Positions 13,568-25,842 of a stretch of DNA of 64,000 bases are shown piece by piece; position 1 is the first letter of the stretch, and each line of letters opens with the position of its first letter. The stretch lies in NCBI RefSeq assembly GCF_964194025.1, contig NC_134472.1, positions 22,692,001 to 22,756,000 of the forward strand, given 5' to 3'. The translations under genes were made by a program, and so were the position numbers. This DNA comes from Convolutriloba macropyga (lineage: Eukaryota). The notes under the pieces were generated by a model. That model worked only from the letters and a program-made list of their open reading frames with translations, did not search any database and was not told where the DNA came from.

Positions 13568-15731
13568 CACTAAACACTACCTATTTCAGAAATATCAAGA
13601 AAACTAAAAATACAGCCAATTTTAGCTTGAAACGTGGTTAGGTCTGGGCAAGCAGGTGGGAGCACAGGTAGGTGAATGGTCTGTAGTAGAGAGTAAAGCG
13701 ACATAAATGAGATCAATTTACCTATTGAGTTAAAAAAAAGAAGCACAATCTGACAACTTTTTCCTGTCAATTCTCCACCAGATGCAACTCCAAACCACTT
13801 GTTCTTAATAGATCTTCCATTACAGTTTTTGTACGTGATAACAACACATGATATAAAAACAAATTGATCCATACTGACCCCAATCCTTTTTGTTTCCAAA
13901 CTTTTTCCAATAAATTTGGAAAAGGATTGGAAACAAAAAAATAAATTCTAAATCTGATCACAATGAAGTTTTTTTCACACAACACAGGTAGTGCCATCAG
14001 AAAATGTGGAAAAATCTATGGTAGTACTACCGCTTGTGTTCAATTAGTGAATAGACCCACTTAAAAACAAACATCCAGAAAGGTCAAAAAAGCAAAAAAA
14101 TATTTTCTGAAACTAAAGTTTCCACAATTATTTCAGTGGAAAATGGTCTTTCAAACTTTCTGATCGACCCTGTAGTAACATATCTAAAAGAAAATCAGCA
14201 GAACATATAAGCAGAACATAGATAATTGAAACCAAGAATGTATGCCAAAAGGCATTGAAACAAAAAGATATGAGAAAACGTCAAAATAGACCTAACTTGT
14301 CAAAATTTTTAATCAATTTTTTTTCAAAAACAACTCAAAATTAATATAAGTCAGATAAAAAAGATCGCCAAAATAGCTTAATAAACACACTTCGACCATA
14401 AACTCCCCCAAAATACGACCCAGGCTCGCCACACCCGAGTGTTTCAGTACTGAGCCTGCGTATTTCCATAAAACCAGTACTGAAACAGCTCATTTACATC
14501 AAAAAAGTAGGTCATTATGTCCAGAAAGAAAACCAGAACAACTATTCAGACTGTTCACAGTAATCCATTCTGAATGTTTCTTATTGTTTCATTATTTGTT
14601 CTGCAGCATCAGCTTCAGCGGTGATTGAACTAAAATTTGTGTCACAAATTTGATGATAACATTAATGTACACTTTGTTGTTATCCTAGTATAGTTTCATT
14701 CTTATTGGCAAAGTATCGCCCGTCCTCTATTCGATGTATATTTACTCTTTTACATCGTCTTTCCATTTAGCAGTAGTGTTATCATATTGTGAGAATATGC
14801 CGGTGGTGTGCTGTAACTCAAACAGGTTAAAAAGAGAATGGTTTTAGGCTGATAGTAGTTATACAATAATGTTAATTAGGCTGATAATTGTATGATAATA
14901 GTTATTAAGAGATCAAAATCAGAATAAAATCAGAAGTACAAACTTACTCTGAAAACATCCTTTATCAGTATAAATTGTGCAAGTAATAGAATCTGTGCAA
15001 GTATAAAACATTCTATATACAGTCTCTGGAATTACAATGGTTCAGTACTGGGTGGTCGGCCCGGGAAACAAAAACGAAGAACGATACAAAAACGTATAAA
15101 TAAAACGTATGAAATGACAAAATATGACAAAGTGCAATACTTGCTCACAATGGTCAAAAACGGTTCCAAACGTACAATTTCGAGTTCTACCACTTTGACA
15201 GAAGAAGTTAGAATTAAAACTATTAAACTGCTCTCAGAAAGCCGCACCTGATCAAAAAGTTCGCTCCCTGATAGCATTTTTGCACAACCAATTTTCTCCC
15301 TTATCTTTCGAAAATTGTCAAGAACAAAAGCACAACTCTCTTTTCTCTCTGCTCGTCAATTCTGTCCAGCAACAAGTGAAAATCAATATTTCAACACGTG
15401 CGGAATTGATTTTTTACATGTTCCAGAACAACTCGAACGATTTAAAAAAAAGATGACTATAACTCCTGTTCGAGTCGTAAGAAAACCAACACGTTTACAA
15501 AAAATGCTTCAAACTTCATTTGAGAGCAATTAAAAACAGTATGCGAAATTGGTCAGACAACGGAGAATTATGCTCAGCTGATATTTCGAGTCTTGAATAG
15601 AACCACAATCTGTGTTTGGAAAAACTTAAAAGACCGACTAATTGTCACAAATTGATGGCTTCAATTGATTCAATTCAAACTAGCTCCAATGAAACAGCTT
15701 CCCCAACACGCACATACATACATCTTCAAAA

Positions 15732-16209
15732 GGTGAACAGACAAAACAGTCCCAAATAGCAAAATATTACCAGACAAATCAGTCCCAGACAAAATAGTCC
15801 CAAGAAAACAGACAAAAAAGTCCCAGACAAAATAGTCCGAACTAAAGATAGAGTAAAACATGTGCACATCAATTAAGAAAGAAACCCCTTAACGTATTCA
15901 TATGATTGTATTTCTTTGAACAAAAATTAAGCTTTTTACATTGTTTTTGACAAATAATGTATATTTAAACAAGTTTTTGGTTTATTCCTAATTCATATCA
16001 ATTAAAAAAAATTCATACGCTTAACTTATAGATTATGTTTGTTAATTGTTTGTAGATTATATTTACAATTGTTCCAATATTTTATTTGGGACTATTTTGT
16101 CTGGGACTGTTTTGTCTGTTTTTTGGGACTATTCTGTCTGGGACTGTTTTGTCTGGGAATATTTTGCAATTTGGGACTGTTTTGTCTGGGACTGTTTTGT
16201 CCGGACACG
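15732..16209. mobile_element. Foldback MITE with arms built from a 15-bp repeat (GACAAAAYAGTCCCA) and an 8-bp TSD
   Basis: 15740-15838 is the reverse complement of 16089-16200; CTTCAAAA flanks both sides (15724-15731 and 16210-16217). Confidence 0.82.
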
Positions 16210-16356
16210 CTTCAAAAATCTGTAATCTGTAATCGATATTCTAACCTAAGTAGGTTATACAAAAATCAACACTAAAACACTATATAGAAAGACTCATTAG
16301 TTCGTTCGAGCACTACGAGGCGGGTAAACAAAAAGGACCTGCTGGTTGGTAGTAGA

Positions 16357-19300
16357 TTTTCGGCTGGTTGGTAGTAAATTGATTGGCTTTCATTCGAACA
16401 GTTTAATAGCCAATTTTTTTTAAAATCATAAATTCCTAATTCTTGCAATTAAAGCAATAAGTTTTCGTCCTGCGGAACCAACCGCAGTAACTTAGCGCGC
16501 TTTTTCAGAGCGTAAGGAGAAACTGCAGCCATTCTCCAAAGACGCAAAGTAAAACACCAGGACTACCAGTGAATCGATGAACATGAACAGTAATAATCGC
16601 AAAATTTGATGAATGCAAGTCAATATTGGTCGAAATGAATGATAAAACAAAAACATTTCGAGCAATTTCAGTATTCGAAAGAGCTTGAAATGTTTAATTG
16701 ACATCAAACAATTAGATCGCCAATTCCAGTGGCCAAAAATTGCAACAACACGACAACGAGGAAAAGTAACAGCAAGTGTAGGATAATTTTGGAAACGCAT
16801 AACAGTTTCAAAACACTACTGAGATAACTCATTCAAATTAATGTTAAACCAACGGCATAGCCTCGAGAGCAAGAACAGGCTTCTTAGAGTCCTCGAGAAT
16901 TTCAGCAAGCACAAACTAACATAAAAAACTCAACAACGCAATACACACCAACTTGTTGCAAAACAATAGGGGCAGAGGCACAATGTAATTGCCTCAGAAG
17001 CACATCATTGAGACTTTTAGTTAAAAAGACCGCTCAAAAAATCTCAATTCAAATACTATCCTTATTTTTAAATCAAATTTCAATCACCAATCTCTCAAAT
17101 AATAGCCAGATAATGATCTAGTTCGGGTGACTTCTATTCAATTTCAACGATAGTTTACATTCTCAATATGAGCCCAGAAGTCTTGAGTGGCAAAAAATCG
17201 TGTACGATTTATCACGCACACCAAATCAGCTGCAGAAGCATCGGTGGCTTTTTTACAATTCAAAGAATTTGAATTGTATTAAGGCGCTGTCTTTAACAAC
17301 TCGAAGAGGAGTATTGGAGAAATCCTTTTTTAAATAAATTTTATTGGAGAGAATTTTGAAAGCCGGAAATGAAACACGTGAAAATTTTGGAGTGACTTTG
17401 TTGCAGAACAAAATGAAGAGTGGAGCGAAAAGAGAATGTTTTTTGTTCATATCGCTGTTTTCTAGAGAGCGAGAAATTGAGGTGTGAAAAAAAATCTATA
17501 AGCGAGCGAAATTTATTGTTCACGTGCGGCATTTTAAAGCAGTTTTTTGTTCAATTTCTTTTGCTTAAGGTCCGTTATAATTTTGTTTTAATTTTCGGCT
17601 GGTTGGTAGTAAATTGATTGGCTTTCATTCGAACAGTTTAATAGCCAATTTTTTTTAAAATCATAAATTCCTAATTCTTGCAATTAAAGCAATAAGTTTT
17701 CGTCCTGCGGAACCAACCGCAGTAACTTAGCGCGCTTTTTCAGAGCGTAAGGAGAAACTGCAGCCATTCTCCAAAGACGCAAAGTAAAACACCAGGACTA
17801 CCAGTGAATCGATGAACATGAACAGTAATAATCGCAAAATTTGATGAATGCAAGTCAATATTGGTCGAAATGAATGATGAAACAAAAACATTTCTAGCAA
17901 TTTAACTATTCGAAAGAGCTTGGAATGTTTAATTGACAGCAAGCAATGAGATCGCCAATTCCAGTGGCCAAAAATTGCTACAACACGACAACGAGGAAAA
18001 GTAACAGCAAGTGTAGGATAATTTTGGAAACGCATAACAGTTTCAAAACACTACTGAGAGAACTCATTCAAACTAATGTTAAACCAACGGCATAGCCTCG
18101 AGAGCAAGAACAGGCTTCTTAGAGTCCTCGGGAATTTCAGCAAGCACAAACTAACATAAAAAACCCAACAACGCAATATACACCAACTTGTTGGAAAACA
18201 ATAGGGGCAGAGGCACAATGTAATTGCCTCAGAAGCACATCATTGAGACTTTTAGTTGAAAAGACAGCTCAAAAAATCTCAATTCAAATACTATCCTTAT
18301 TTTTAAATCAAATTTCAATCACCAATCTCTCAAATAATAGCCAGATAATGATCTAGTTCGGGTGACTTCTATTCAATTTCAACGAGAGTTTACATTCTCA
18401 ATATGAGCCCAGAAGTCTTCTTGAGTGAGAAAAATCGTGTACGATTTATCACGCACACCAAATCAGCTGCAGAAGCATAGGTGGCTTTTTTACAATTCAA
18501 AGAATTTGAATTGTATTAAGGCGCTGTCTTTTACAACTCGAAGAGGAGTATTGGAGAAATCCTTTTTTTAAATAAATTTTATTGGAGACACTTTTGAAAG
18601 CCAGAAAAGAAACACGTGAAAATTTTGGAATGACTTTGTTCAAGAACAAAATGAAGAGTGAAGCAAAAAGAGAATGTTTTTTGTTCATATCGCTGTTTTC
18701 TAGAGGGCGAGAAATTGAGGTGTGAAAAAAATCTATAAGCGAGCGAAATTTTTTGTTCACGTGCGGCATTTTAAAGCAGTTTTTTGTTCAATTTCTTTTG
18801 CTTAAGGTCCGTTATAATTTCGTTTTAATTTTCGGCTGGTTGGTAGTAATTTGATTGGCTTTCATTCGAACAGTTTAAATGCCAATTTTTTTTAAAAAAT
18901 CATAAATTCCTAATTCTTGCAATTAAAGCAATAAGTTTTCGTCCTGCGGAACCAACCGCAGTAACTAAGCGCACTTTTTCAGAGCGTACAAAGAAACTGC
19001 AGCCATTCTCCAAAGACGCAAAGTAAAACACCAGGACTACCAGTGAATCGATGAACATGAACAGTAATAATCGCAAAATTTGATGAATGCAAGTCAATAT
19101 TGGTCGAAATGAATGATAAAACAAAAACATTTCGAGCAATTTTAGTATTCGAAAGAACTTGAAATGTTTAATTGACATCAAACAATTAGATCGCCAATTC
19201 CAGTGGCCAAAAATTGCAACAACACGACAACGAGGAAAAGTAACAGCAAGTGTAGGATAATTTTGGAAACGCATAACAGATTCAAAACACTACTGAGAGA

Positions 19301-20092
19301 ACTCATTCAAATTAATGTTAAACCAACGGCATAGCCTCGAGCGCAAAAACAGGCTTCTTATAGTCCTCGAGAATTTCAGCAAGCACAAACTAACATAAAA
19401 AATTAAACAACGCAATACACACCAACTTGTTGGAAAACAATAGGTGCAGAGGCACAATGTATTTGCCTCAGAAGCATATCATTGAGACTTTTAGTTTAAA
19501 ACACCGCTCAAAAAAATTCTCCATTCAAATACTATCCTTATTTTTGAATCAAAATTCAATCACCAATCTCTCAAACAATAGCCAGATAATGATCTAGTTC
19601 GGGTGACTTCTATTCAATTTCAACTACAGTTTACATTCTCAATATGAGCGCAGAAGTCTTGAGTGGCAAAAAATCGTGTACGATTTATCACGCACACCAA
19701 ATCAGCTGCAGAAGCATAGGTGGCTTTTTTACAATTCAAAGAATTTGAATTGTATTAAGGCGCTGTCTTTTACAACTCGAAGAGGAGTATTGGAGAAATC
19801 CTTTTTTTAAATAAATTTTATTGGAGACACTTTTGAAAGCCAGAAAAGAAACACGTGAAAATTTTGGAATGACTTTGTTCAAGAACAAAATGAAGAGTGA
19901 AGCAAAAAGAGAATGTTTTTTGTTCATATCGCTGTTTTCTAGAGGGCGAGAAATTGAGGTGTGAAAAAAATCTATAAGCGAGCGAAATTTTTTGTTCACG
20001 TGCGGCATTTTAAAGCAGTTTTTTGTTCAATTTCTTTTGTTTAAGTTTCATTATAATTTTGTTTTAATTTTCGGCTGGTTGGTAGTAATTTG
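16357..20092. repeat. Tandem array, 3 units of ~1237 bp
   Basis: CGGCTGGTTGGTAGTAA recurs at 16361, 17596, 18833 and 20072 (periods 1235, 1237, 1239); each unit ends with C and B2 Helentron caps plus part of the B2 body. Confidence 0.95.
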
Positions 20093-21312
20093 AAAGTTTC
20101 TAGAAATTCATATGAATTTTATGCTAAGTCGGAGGTTTTTTATGCATTTTGCTGATTCTTGGGCTATTGCGATTTTTTTACTACTATTTTTTTACTGCCT
20201 CAAATGGGTATTGAAGAGACCCCTTTAACTTGAGAAATGTCTAGATAAGAAATGGTTTCAGATTTTTGGATATGAAGCATTTTTTGTTGAGAAATATGAC
20301 AAAAAATGGCAAAAATTGAAACTAATTTTCTGAATTTTTTTTTCAGTTTTTCGGTTTTTTTTCTGTTTTTAGACAAGTTTCTTAGCCTATTATGACTTGC
20401 ATATTGTTTTGCGATCATCTGAATACGCTACCGGACGAAAGGAATTCTTTGGATTTATGTGCTTTTGTAATATTGTAACATTTATTAACTTTTTCCAGTT
20501 TTTAGTCCAAGTTGTTTGTAAGAGCTTATTTTTTCATGTTTTGGCTTCAAGTATTTCAAAAATTTTTTCATAAGTGGTTTTAGTAGGCACTGGTTGTTTT
20601 GATGAAGTAATATTGGCAGATATGGCTATTTCGAGACCTGAATTTATGACAAAATTTGATCAGATTTTTTGTTAGATTTTCTTGTTTTTACATTTATTGT
20701 TTTATGGTTTTGTTTCAAGATAATCATAAATTAGTTGAGGCACGTTTTGTCTGATGAGTATTTGGATGGCGTTTAAGTGGATTTGCACTTCGAATGGTTT
20801 CCGGAATTCTTCGGGCTATGTTTATTTGAGATCTGTTCACAATTTTCATGACATTTGAAGTCAAAGTGGAGTAGTGATTTTGGTCACGCCGAAACCGGAA
20901 ATGGAGCGAAAAAGCGGCGTGAAATTTTTTGAATCAAGTTTTAAAAAAGAATAAGAAATCAGTGGTTTAACAAAAATTCGCTTTCTCGCTAATGGTTTTT
21001 TGTTCACATGCGGCAATTTCACTTTGATTTTTAATGTTTTTTGATTTTTTGGATAGGATTTTTTTAAACTGGTTTTCCGAATCCATTCATAGTTCTAAGC
21101 TTAGTTTTTTTTCAAACCAGTTTTTTTTCTCGCTAGAGGTTTTTTGTTCACATACGGCATTTTGACTTTGATTCTCTGTTTTTAATTAAATTTTTGATCT
21201 GATTTTCTTAATGTTTTTCCCAATTCACTCATAGTCCGTTCCAGGTCTGTTTTTTGTTTAGTCACAGAACATTTCTTTGAATTGTACGTCGGGACTTGTC
21301 CTGCTATGTTTT
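19726..21312 (+). mobile_element. Composite Helentron-type element C > B2 in plus orientation
   Basis: C cap TTACAATTCAAAGAATTTGAATTGTA, then B2 cap; B2 3' end at ~20800-20823; C 3' end GGGACTTGTCCTGCTATGTTT at ~21291-21312. Confidence 0.75.
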
Positions 21313-21368
21313 TTATTTCTCGGGGTGGTCAAATGGTCGCAACAACAAAAGAACAATATATTAAAAAA

Positions 21369-22170
21369 AGACAAAACTGAAGAAATTTGTGACGAATTTA
21401 TAACTTGTAGTTCTCTGATTTTTTGTCATTTTTATATTTTCTAAGCCCAAATTGTCAGTAAAACCATTTTTGAGAGTGGTGCTCCGTTCATGCGTTGATT
21501 TTTATATGCACTTTTCATTTTGAAGACATTGTAATTTGCTAATTGCATTTTTATGTTAATTGTAGTTTTGCCTGCCTCTAGTTACCTCTTATATGTTGAG
21601 CTCTTTATCTTGAATGACAAGTTTTTTTCCCTCTTACATTTGTTATTGAAAAGCTTGGTAATCAACAAGCTGATGTCAAAATATTTCAATTTTAATGCAA
21701 GACTAGTCCTAAAACACGATCCGAACGAATGTATTGAAAATTTGAACAATCCTCGACCTCACCGGCAGACCAATTGAACTTCGAGACTAACAGACAAAAA
21801 AGTTTCACAAATTTAGTAAATTAAGTAAAAGACCATTAAAAATCAATTATTTTGACATTAGCTTATTGATTACCAAGCTTTTCAATAAAAAATGTAAGAG
21901 AGCAAAAAAACTTGTCATTCAAGACAAAGAGCTTAACATATAAGAGGTAACTAGAGGCAGGCAAAACTACAAATAACACAAAAATGCAATTCGCAAACTA
22001 CACTAAATGTCTTCAAAATGAAAAGTACATATTAGAATCTACGCATGAACGTAGCATCATTCTCATAAAGGGTTTTACTGACAATTTGAGCTTAGAAAAT
22101 ATAAAAATGACAAAAAATCAGAGAACTACAAGTAATAAATTCGTCATAAATTTCTTCAGTTTTATGTCTT
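21369..22170. mobile_element. Long inverted repeat / foldback element (~330-bp arms, ~135-bp spacer)
   Basis: 21369-21700 is the reverse complement of 21835-22170 with scattered mismatches; no clear TSD. Confidence 0.8.
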
Positions 22171-22627
22171 CAAAACCAATTCTGTCTTGTCATAATTAAC
22201 AGAACAATTCAGTTGCAGGGTACGATAAATCTGGTGGAGCATATATGAGACTAATAGAGTCAAAAAGGTAAACAAAACATAAAAAATAGCAAAAAGATGA
22301 AAAAATTAGTTCAAACTTGTTAAAGTGCTTGAAACTTATATCCTCAAACCCAATTTTCATCAAAATCCAACCATTATCCTCAGATAAGTTTTAAGAGCTT
22401 CACTGGTCTCAAGATAGAAAAAAAGAGAAATGCAAAAAAAGCTGCAAAATTTCAAAATTCGCGAAAACCTTTTGTGTTTAAGTTGGCATTATCAATACAT
22501 ATACCTCAAAAACCAGACAAAAAATTCTTGCTCGCGAAAACCAATTTTAATTAAAACCATTTATATTTTTTTACAATTATAGTGAGACCCATTGACAAAA
22601 AAGCGGATGAAAAACCTTGAAAACATT

Positions 22628-22985
22628 AACCGACTAATGTCGGAAGAATTGCTCTCGAACGACAGGCGGGTAGAAAAACATTTAACCCCGCCAGGATTCA
22701 AACCACTGACCTCCCGAACATCAGGCAGATGCAGTAACCACACGACTTTCAGTCACTTGTTTTTGCTATGCTATAACAGTCTTTATATTAGCAACAAGCT
22801 TTACTTCGGAGTGATAGCAATAGAGATCACTCAAAAATGAAAGACGAAAGCGTGAAAAAGTCACTTGAGAAATCAAAGTATGTTCTAGAAGAAAAGCGCA
22901 AAATGGTCAAGCAAAAAATTTGCATAAAAAAGACCAGCACGTTTAAACTAATTGCTATGAACTTCGTTTAAGAGCAATTAAAAAC
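22628..22985 (-). mobile_element. E-family Helentron-type element carrying a tRNA-like cassette
   Basis: 3' stem-loop CCGAC-TAAT-GTCGG; subTIR AATTGCTCTCGAACGA vs TCGTTTAAGAGCAATT; homologous to 47229-47625 and 1-126. Confidence 0.75.
22684..22752 (-). ncRNA. Degenerate tRNA-like (A-box/B-box) sequence
   Basis: ...GTGTGGTTA...GGTTTGAATCC... followed by T5; no intact cloverleaf. Confidence 0.5.
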
Positions 22986-23017
22986 AGTTAAGCCAAATTG
23001 CTGTACATAATTTAAAA

Positions 23018-23240
23018 AACCACTAGACAGAAAGCAAAATTTTGTTCAAACACACTTCTCTCGGTATTTTAAAACTATAGGGATAAACTTCACGCCAAAA
23101 AACCACTCCCTTTTCTGCTCCACTTACTGTTTCAGCGCGACCAAAAACGCCACTGCAAAAAGATCTAATAAAATCTTTGGATTGTAAAAAAAGACAATGA
23201 GAGACCAACAATAACCCCGCAATCGCTACGCGGCTATTGA
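23018..23240 (-). mobile_element. Truncated C element followed by an A-type cap
   Basis: C body (ACCACTAG...TTTCAGCGCGACCAAAA), degenerate C cap, then an ...GCGGCTATT cap. Confidence 0.55.
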
Positions 23241-24407
23241 TCATTTATTATTCCAGCAATCTAAAAATCCAGGAATTGCCCTAAAAACCATGAATTCTCT
23301 GCTTGTCAGTTTTAGAATCACATTTTGAGACTATTAAGGCTTTAAGAGAACTAATGCCCTCAATTTTTACCAGTTGTATCCCGATACTAAACACAAAAAT
23401 TCGTTGATGAGACGAAAAATAAGTCGAATGGAATATCGCATAAAAAGGAGCAACATCACTAAAATAATTGTTACGGAACTTGTTACAGAGCAGTCAAAAA
23501 AGAAGATGCAAGGTAACAGGAATGCTGTGAAAACTAATGACTTTTCACCTAAACAATTGCAACTTTGATTTAGACATGATATCCACACAGATTTTATGAT
23601 ACGGGGACCAGCTAACCTTTAATACTTCGCCTAATCTGAAAGAATGGAAAAACGTAATTAACAGTAGTGTAAACTTTTCAGGTAATATTATCTAGATTCA
23701 AACAAATTCAAAAGTCTATAGATAAAAAGATATTGACAAATAAAGCGGAAATAATCACCCATTCCTTCACCAAAGCTAAAATAGATCGGCCAATTTTATA
23801 TCAAATTGCTACCCGACTTAAATGTATCAGAGAGCGAAAAACACTAAAATGAAAACTGATTGCTAATGCAAATTGGACAATACCTTAACTGTAGTTATAC
23901 CACAAAACTAAGCTGAGACAATTAGAGATACGGGTGCAAACCTATTTCGTAGAAACTTGCGAAATAATACCTCAATTCATAAATTGAAGTTGAAAGAAAG
24001 CAAATTACAAAACACTTCCTCATATTAAGTAAGTGTTTCAAATATTTGACTTTTAATTTGAGAAAATTGAGCCCGACAATCCTTACCTAAATTGTGGTTT
24101 TTTGGAAGACAAATGAATTACTTCTTATCTGTATTTCGTTATAATCGATCTATTCATGCCATTGGCGGAAGTAATGAAGCAAAGATAGCTCCTTGAGTTA
24201 GTAGTACATGTATAAGTGTTATAAAACAAACAGCAGGGGAAGGGCCATTTGGACATGAATATTTTTGTCCATCTCACAATGCCATGGGAATAATTACCCA
24301 AAATTTTTGAAAAATCAATTTCCGTCCAAAATAAGAGGATGCCAGTTATATGAACAGCCCCCCCCCCCAGGTAATGTTGTATAACACATAAAATACTTAT
24401 GTAAGGA

Positions 24408-25271
24408 TCATAATCTGGATGTATCTCTTCCATAGAAGAGTGTCTTTGTCCAGTCAAGAGGCACTTGCATCCTCAGTCGCCAGCTACCTAGTCTGGTCAA
24501 GTACGCAGATCGCCACACGAACCACCCCACCCACCCTCCCAACTTCACGTTGGGCACATCCGTAAGGCCTTGGTAGTCTCCAATGTATGCCAGCATTCCC
24601 AGAGAGGTAAAGGAGAACTCAGTAAGTTTGCGATTGTTGAGACATTTGGCCAAATGACGACCTTGTCTCTCTGCCACTTGAGCTGTACAGGGAAGATGAA
24701 GTTTTAACACATCTGCACAATCTCCAATTGCAAATATGTTGTCACAAGTTGCAGTTTTTTCTTTATTTTCACTATGTTTATTTTTCAACACTTTTAACTT
24801 TCGATCAGTGACTATTTGACCAGCTGTGTTCTTCTCAGCCCATTCAGAACTTTTAGTCAGTTCACGAGGCGCCAATCCTGCACTCCAAACAACAAGCCCG
24901 CAGTCAATTCTCTTTCCCGATTTGAGCTCCACAAATTTGTCCGTCACTCTAACGACTTGATCTTGCACTAGAGAATACTGCTGTCGCGTTTTAAGTTTCT
25001 TTTCAGCAAAAGCTTGCAGCTTAGAGTCGAAAGACGGCAGAATTCTCTGAGCTTCAATCAAACTAACGCGCACTAAATTCTTCTCAGATTCGTAAAGACG
25101 GGCGACATCTTGCAGCAGAAAGTCGTATAGCTCTGCTCCGAATTCCACACCAGTTGGGCCTCCGCCCACTATCACAATGTGCAAAAGACGTTTCTTCTCC
25201 TCTTCACTCAGTCCAGGCTCCAAAGCCAGCTCAAAGTTGGACACGATTCTGTTCCTGATAGCTTGCGCGTC
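24408..25271 (-). CDS. NDH2: Type II NADH dehydrogenase, last exon
   Basis: Acceptor TTGTACCAG|GAC; second Rossmann motif VIVGGGPTGVE, acidic residue in LIEA (NADH-preferring type), AIGDC, AQVAERQG quinone-site motif, WRSAYL and C-terminal GRD; no EF-hand insert. Confidence 0.95.
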   Translation of the reverse strand, partial: DAQAIRNRIVSNFELALEPGLSEEEKKRLLHIVIVGGGPTGVEFGAELYDFLLQDVARLYESEKNLVRVSLIEAQRILPSFDSKLQAFAEKKLKTRQQYSLVQDQVVRVTDKFVELKSGKRIDCGLVVWSAGLAPRELTKSSEWAEKNTAGQIVTDRKLKVLKNKHSENKEKTATCDNIFAIGDCADVLKLHLPCTAQVAERQGRHLAKCLNNRKLTEFSFTSLGMLAYIGDYQGLTDVPNVKLGGWVGWFVWRSAYLTRLGSWRLRMQVPLDWTKTLFYGRDTSRL

Positions 25272-25842
25272 CTGGTACAAAAAGAGCAAATCCAGAGTCA
25301 CAGTCAAACTGTATTCAGCCAACAAAGAAAATTTTTATCAACTTAGAAATGTGGAAAAAGCTTGCATGTACTTGATTTAGAGATCAAAAACTTTTTTAAA
25401 ACATAATTTTCCGTTTTCAAAACAACCTTCACAACAAATCAGTGATTTTGAACGCGTAAAATTTCAGTATCTCGACATTTAGAAAAAAAGCATTCAGTGT
25501 ACTGTCAAGAATATTCGCCCAAACGTTAAAATTTTAAAATACATCGAAATTTTAAAACTCTTCTGTGATACCGTATCTCATTTCTCGTGCTAAATAATTG
25601 AGATAGGCTTCTAAAATTTGAAATCACAGATTAAATTTTGGTTCTGTGAATGCTTAAAAAGTCATGGGGCACAAACACAAAAGATATTGAATTATGACCA
25701 GAAGATCTTGAGCCTCATTTTCACATTATTCAAAATACTTCAAATTCTGCATCAGGAATACGTACCACCTACAAAACTCACTCCTTATAATTTCAGATCG
25801 CAACCATGCAGTTTAACTGAATTCCTTTCAATCCTCTATAAG

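Noticed and set aside
14943-14955. Recursive splice site or 1-nt exon (TTTCAG-A-GTAAGT on minus)
   Set aside because: Not the AG|GT ratchet consensus, and no evidence the region is transcribed.
14421-15064. hAT-like MITE (CAGGCTCGCCA... / ...TGGTCGGCCCGG)
   Set aside because: The terminal match is weak and there is no TSD.
16492-19274. Repeated 102-124 aa ORF (MRFQNYPTLAV...)
   Set aside because: It repeats only because of the tandem array; it has no recognisable domain and the F/L-rich composition expected from reading T-rich DNA.
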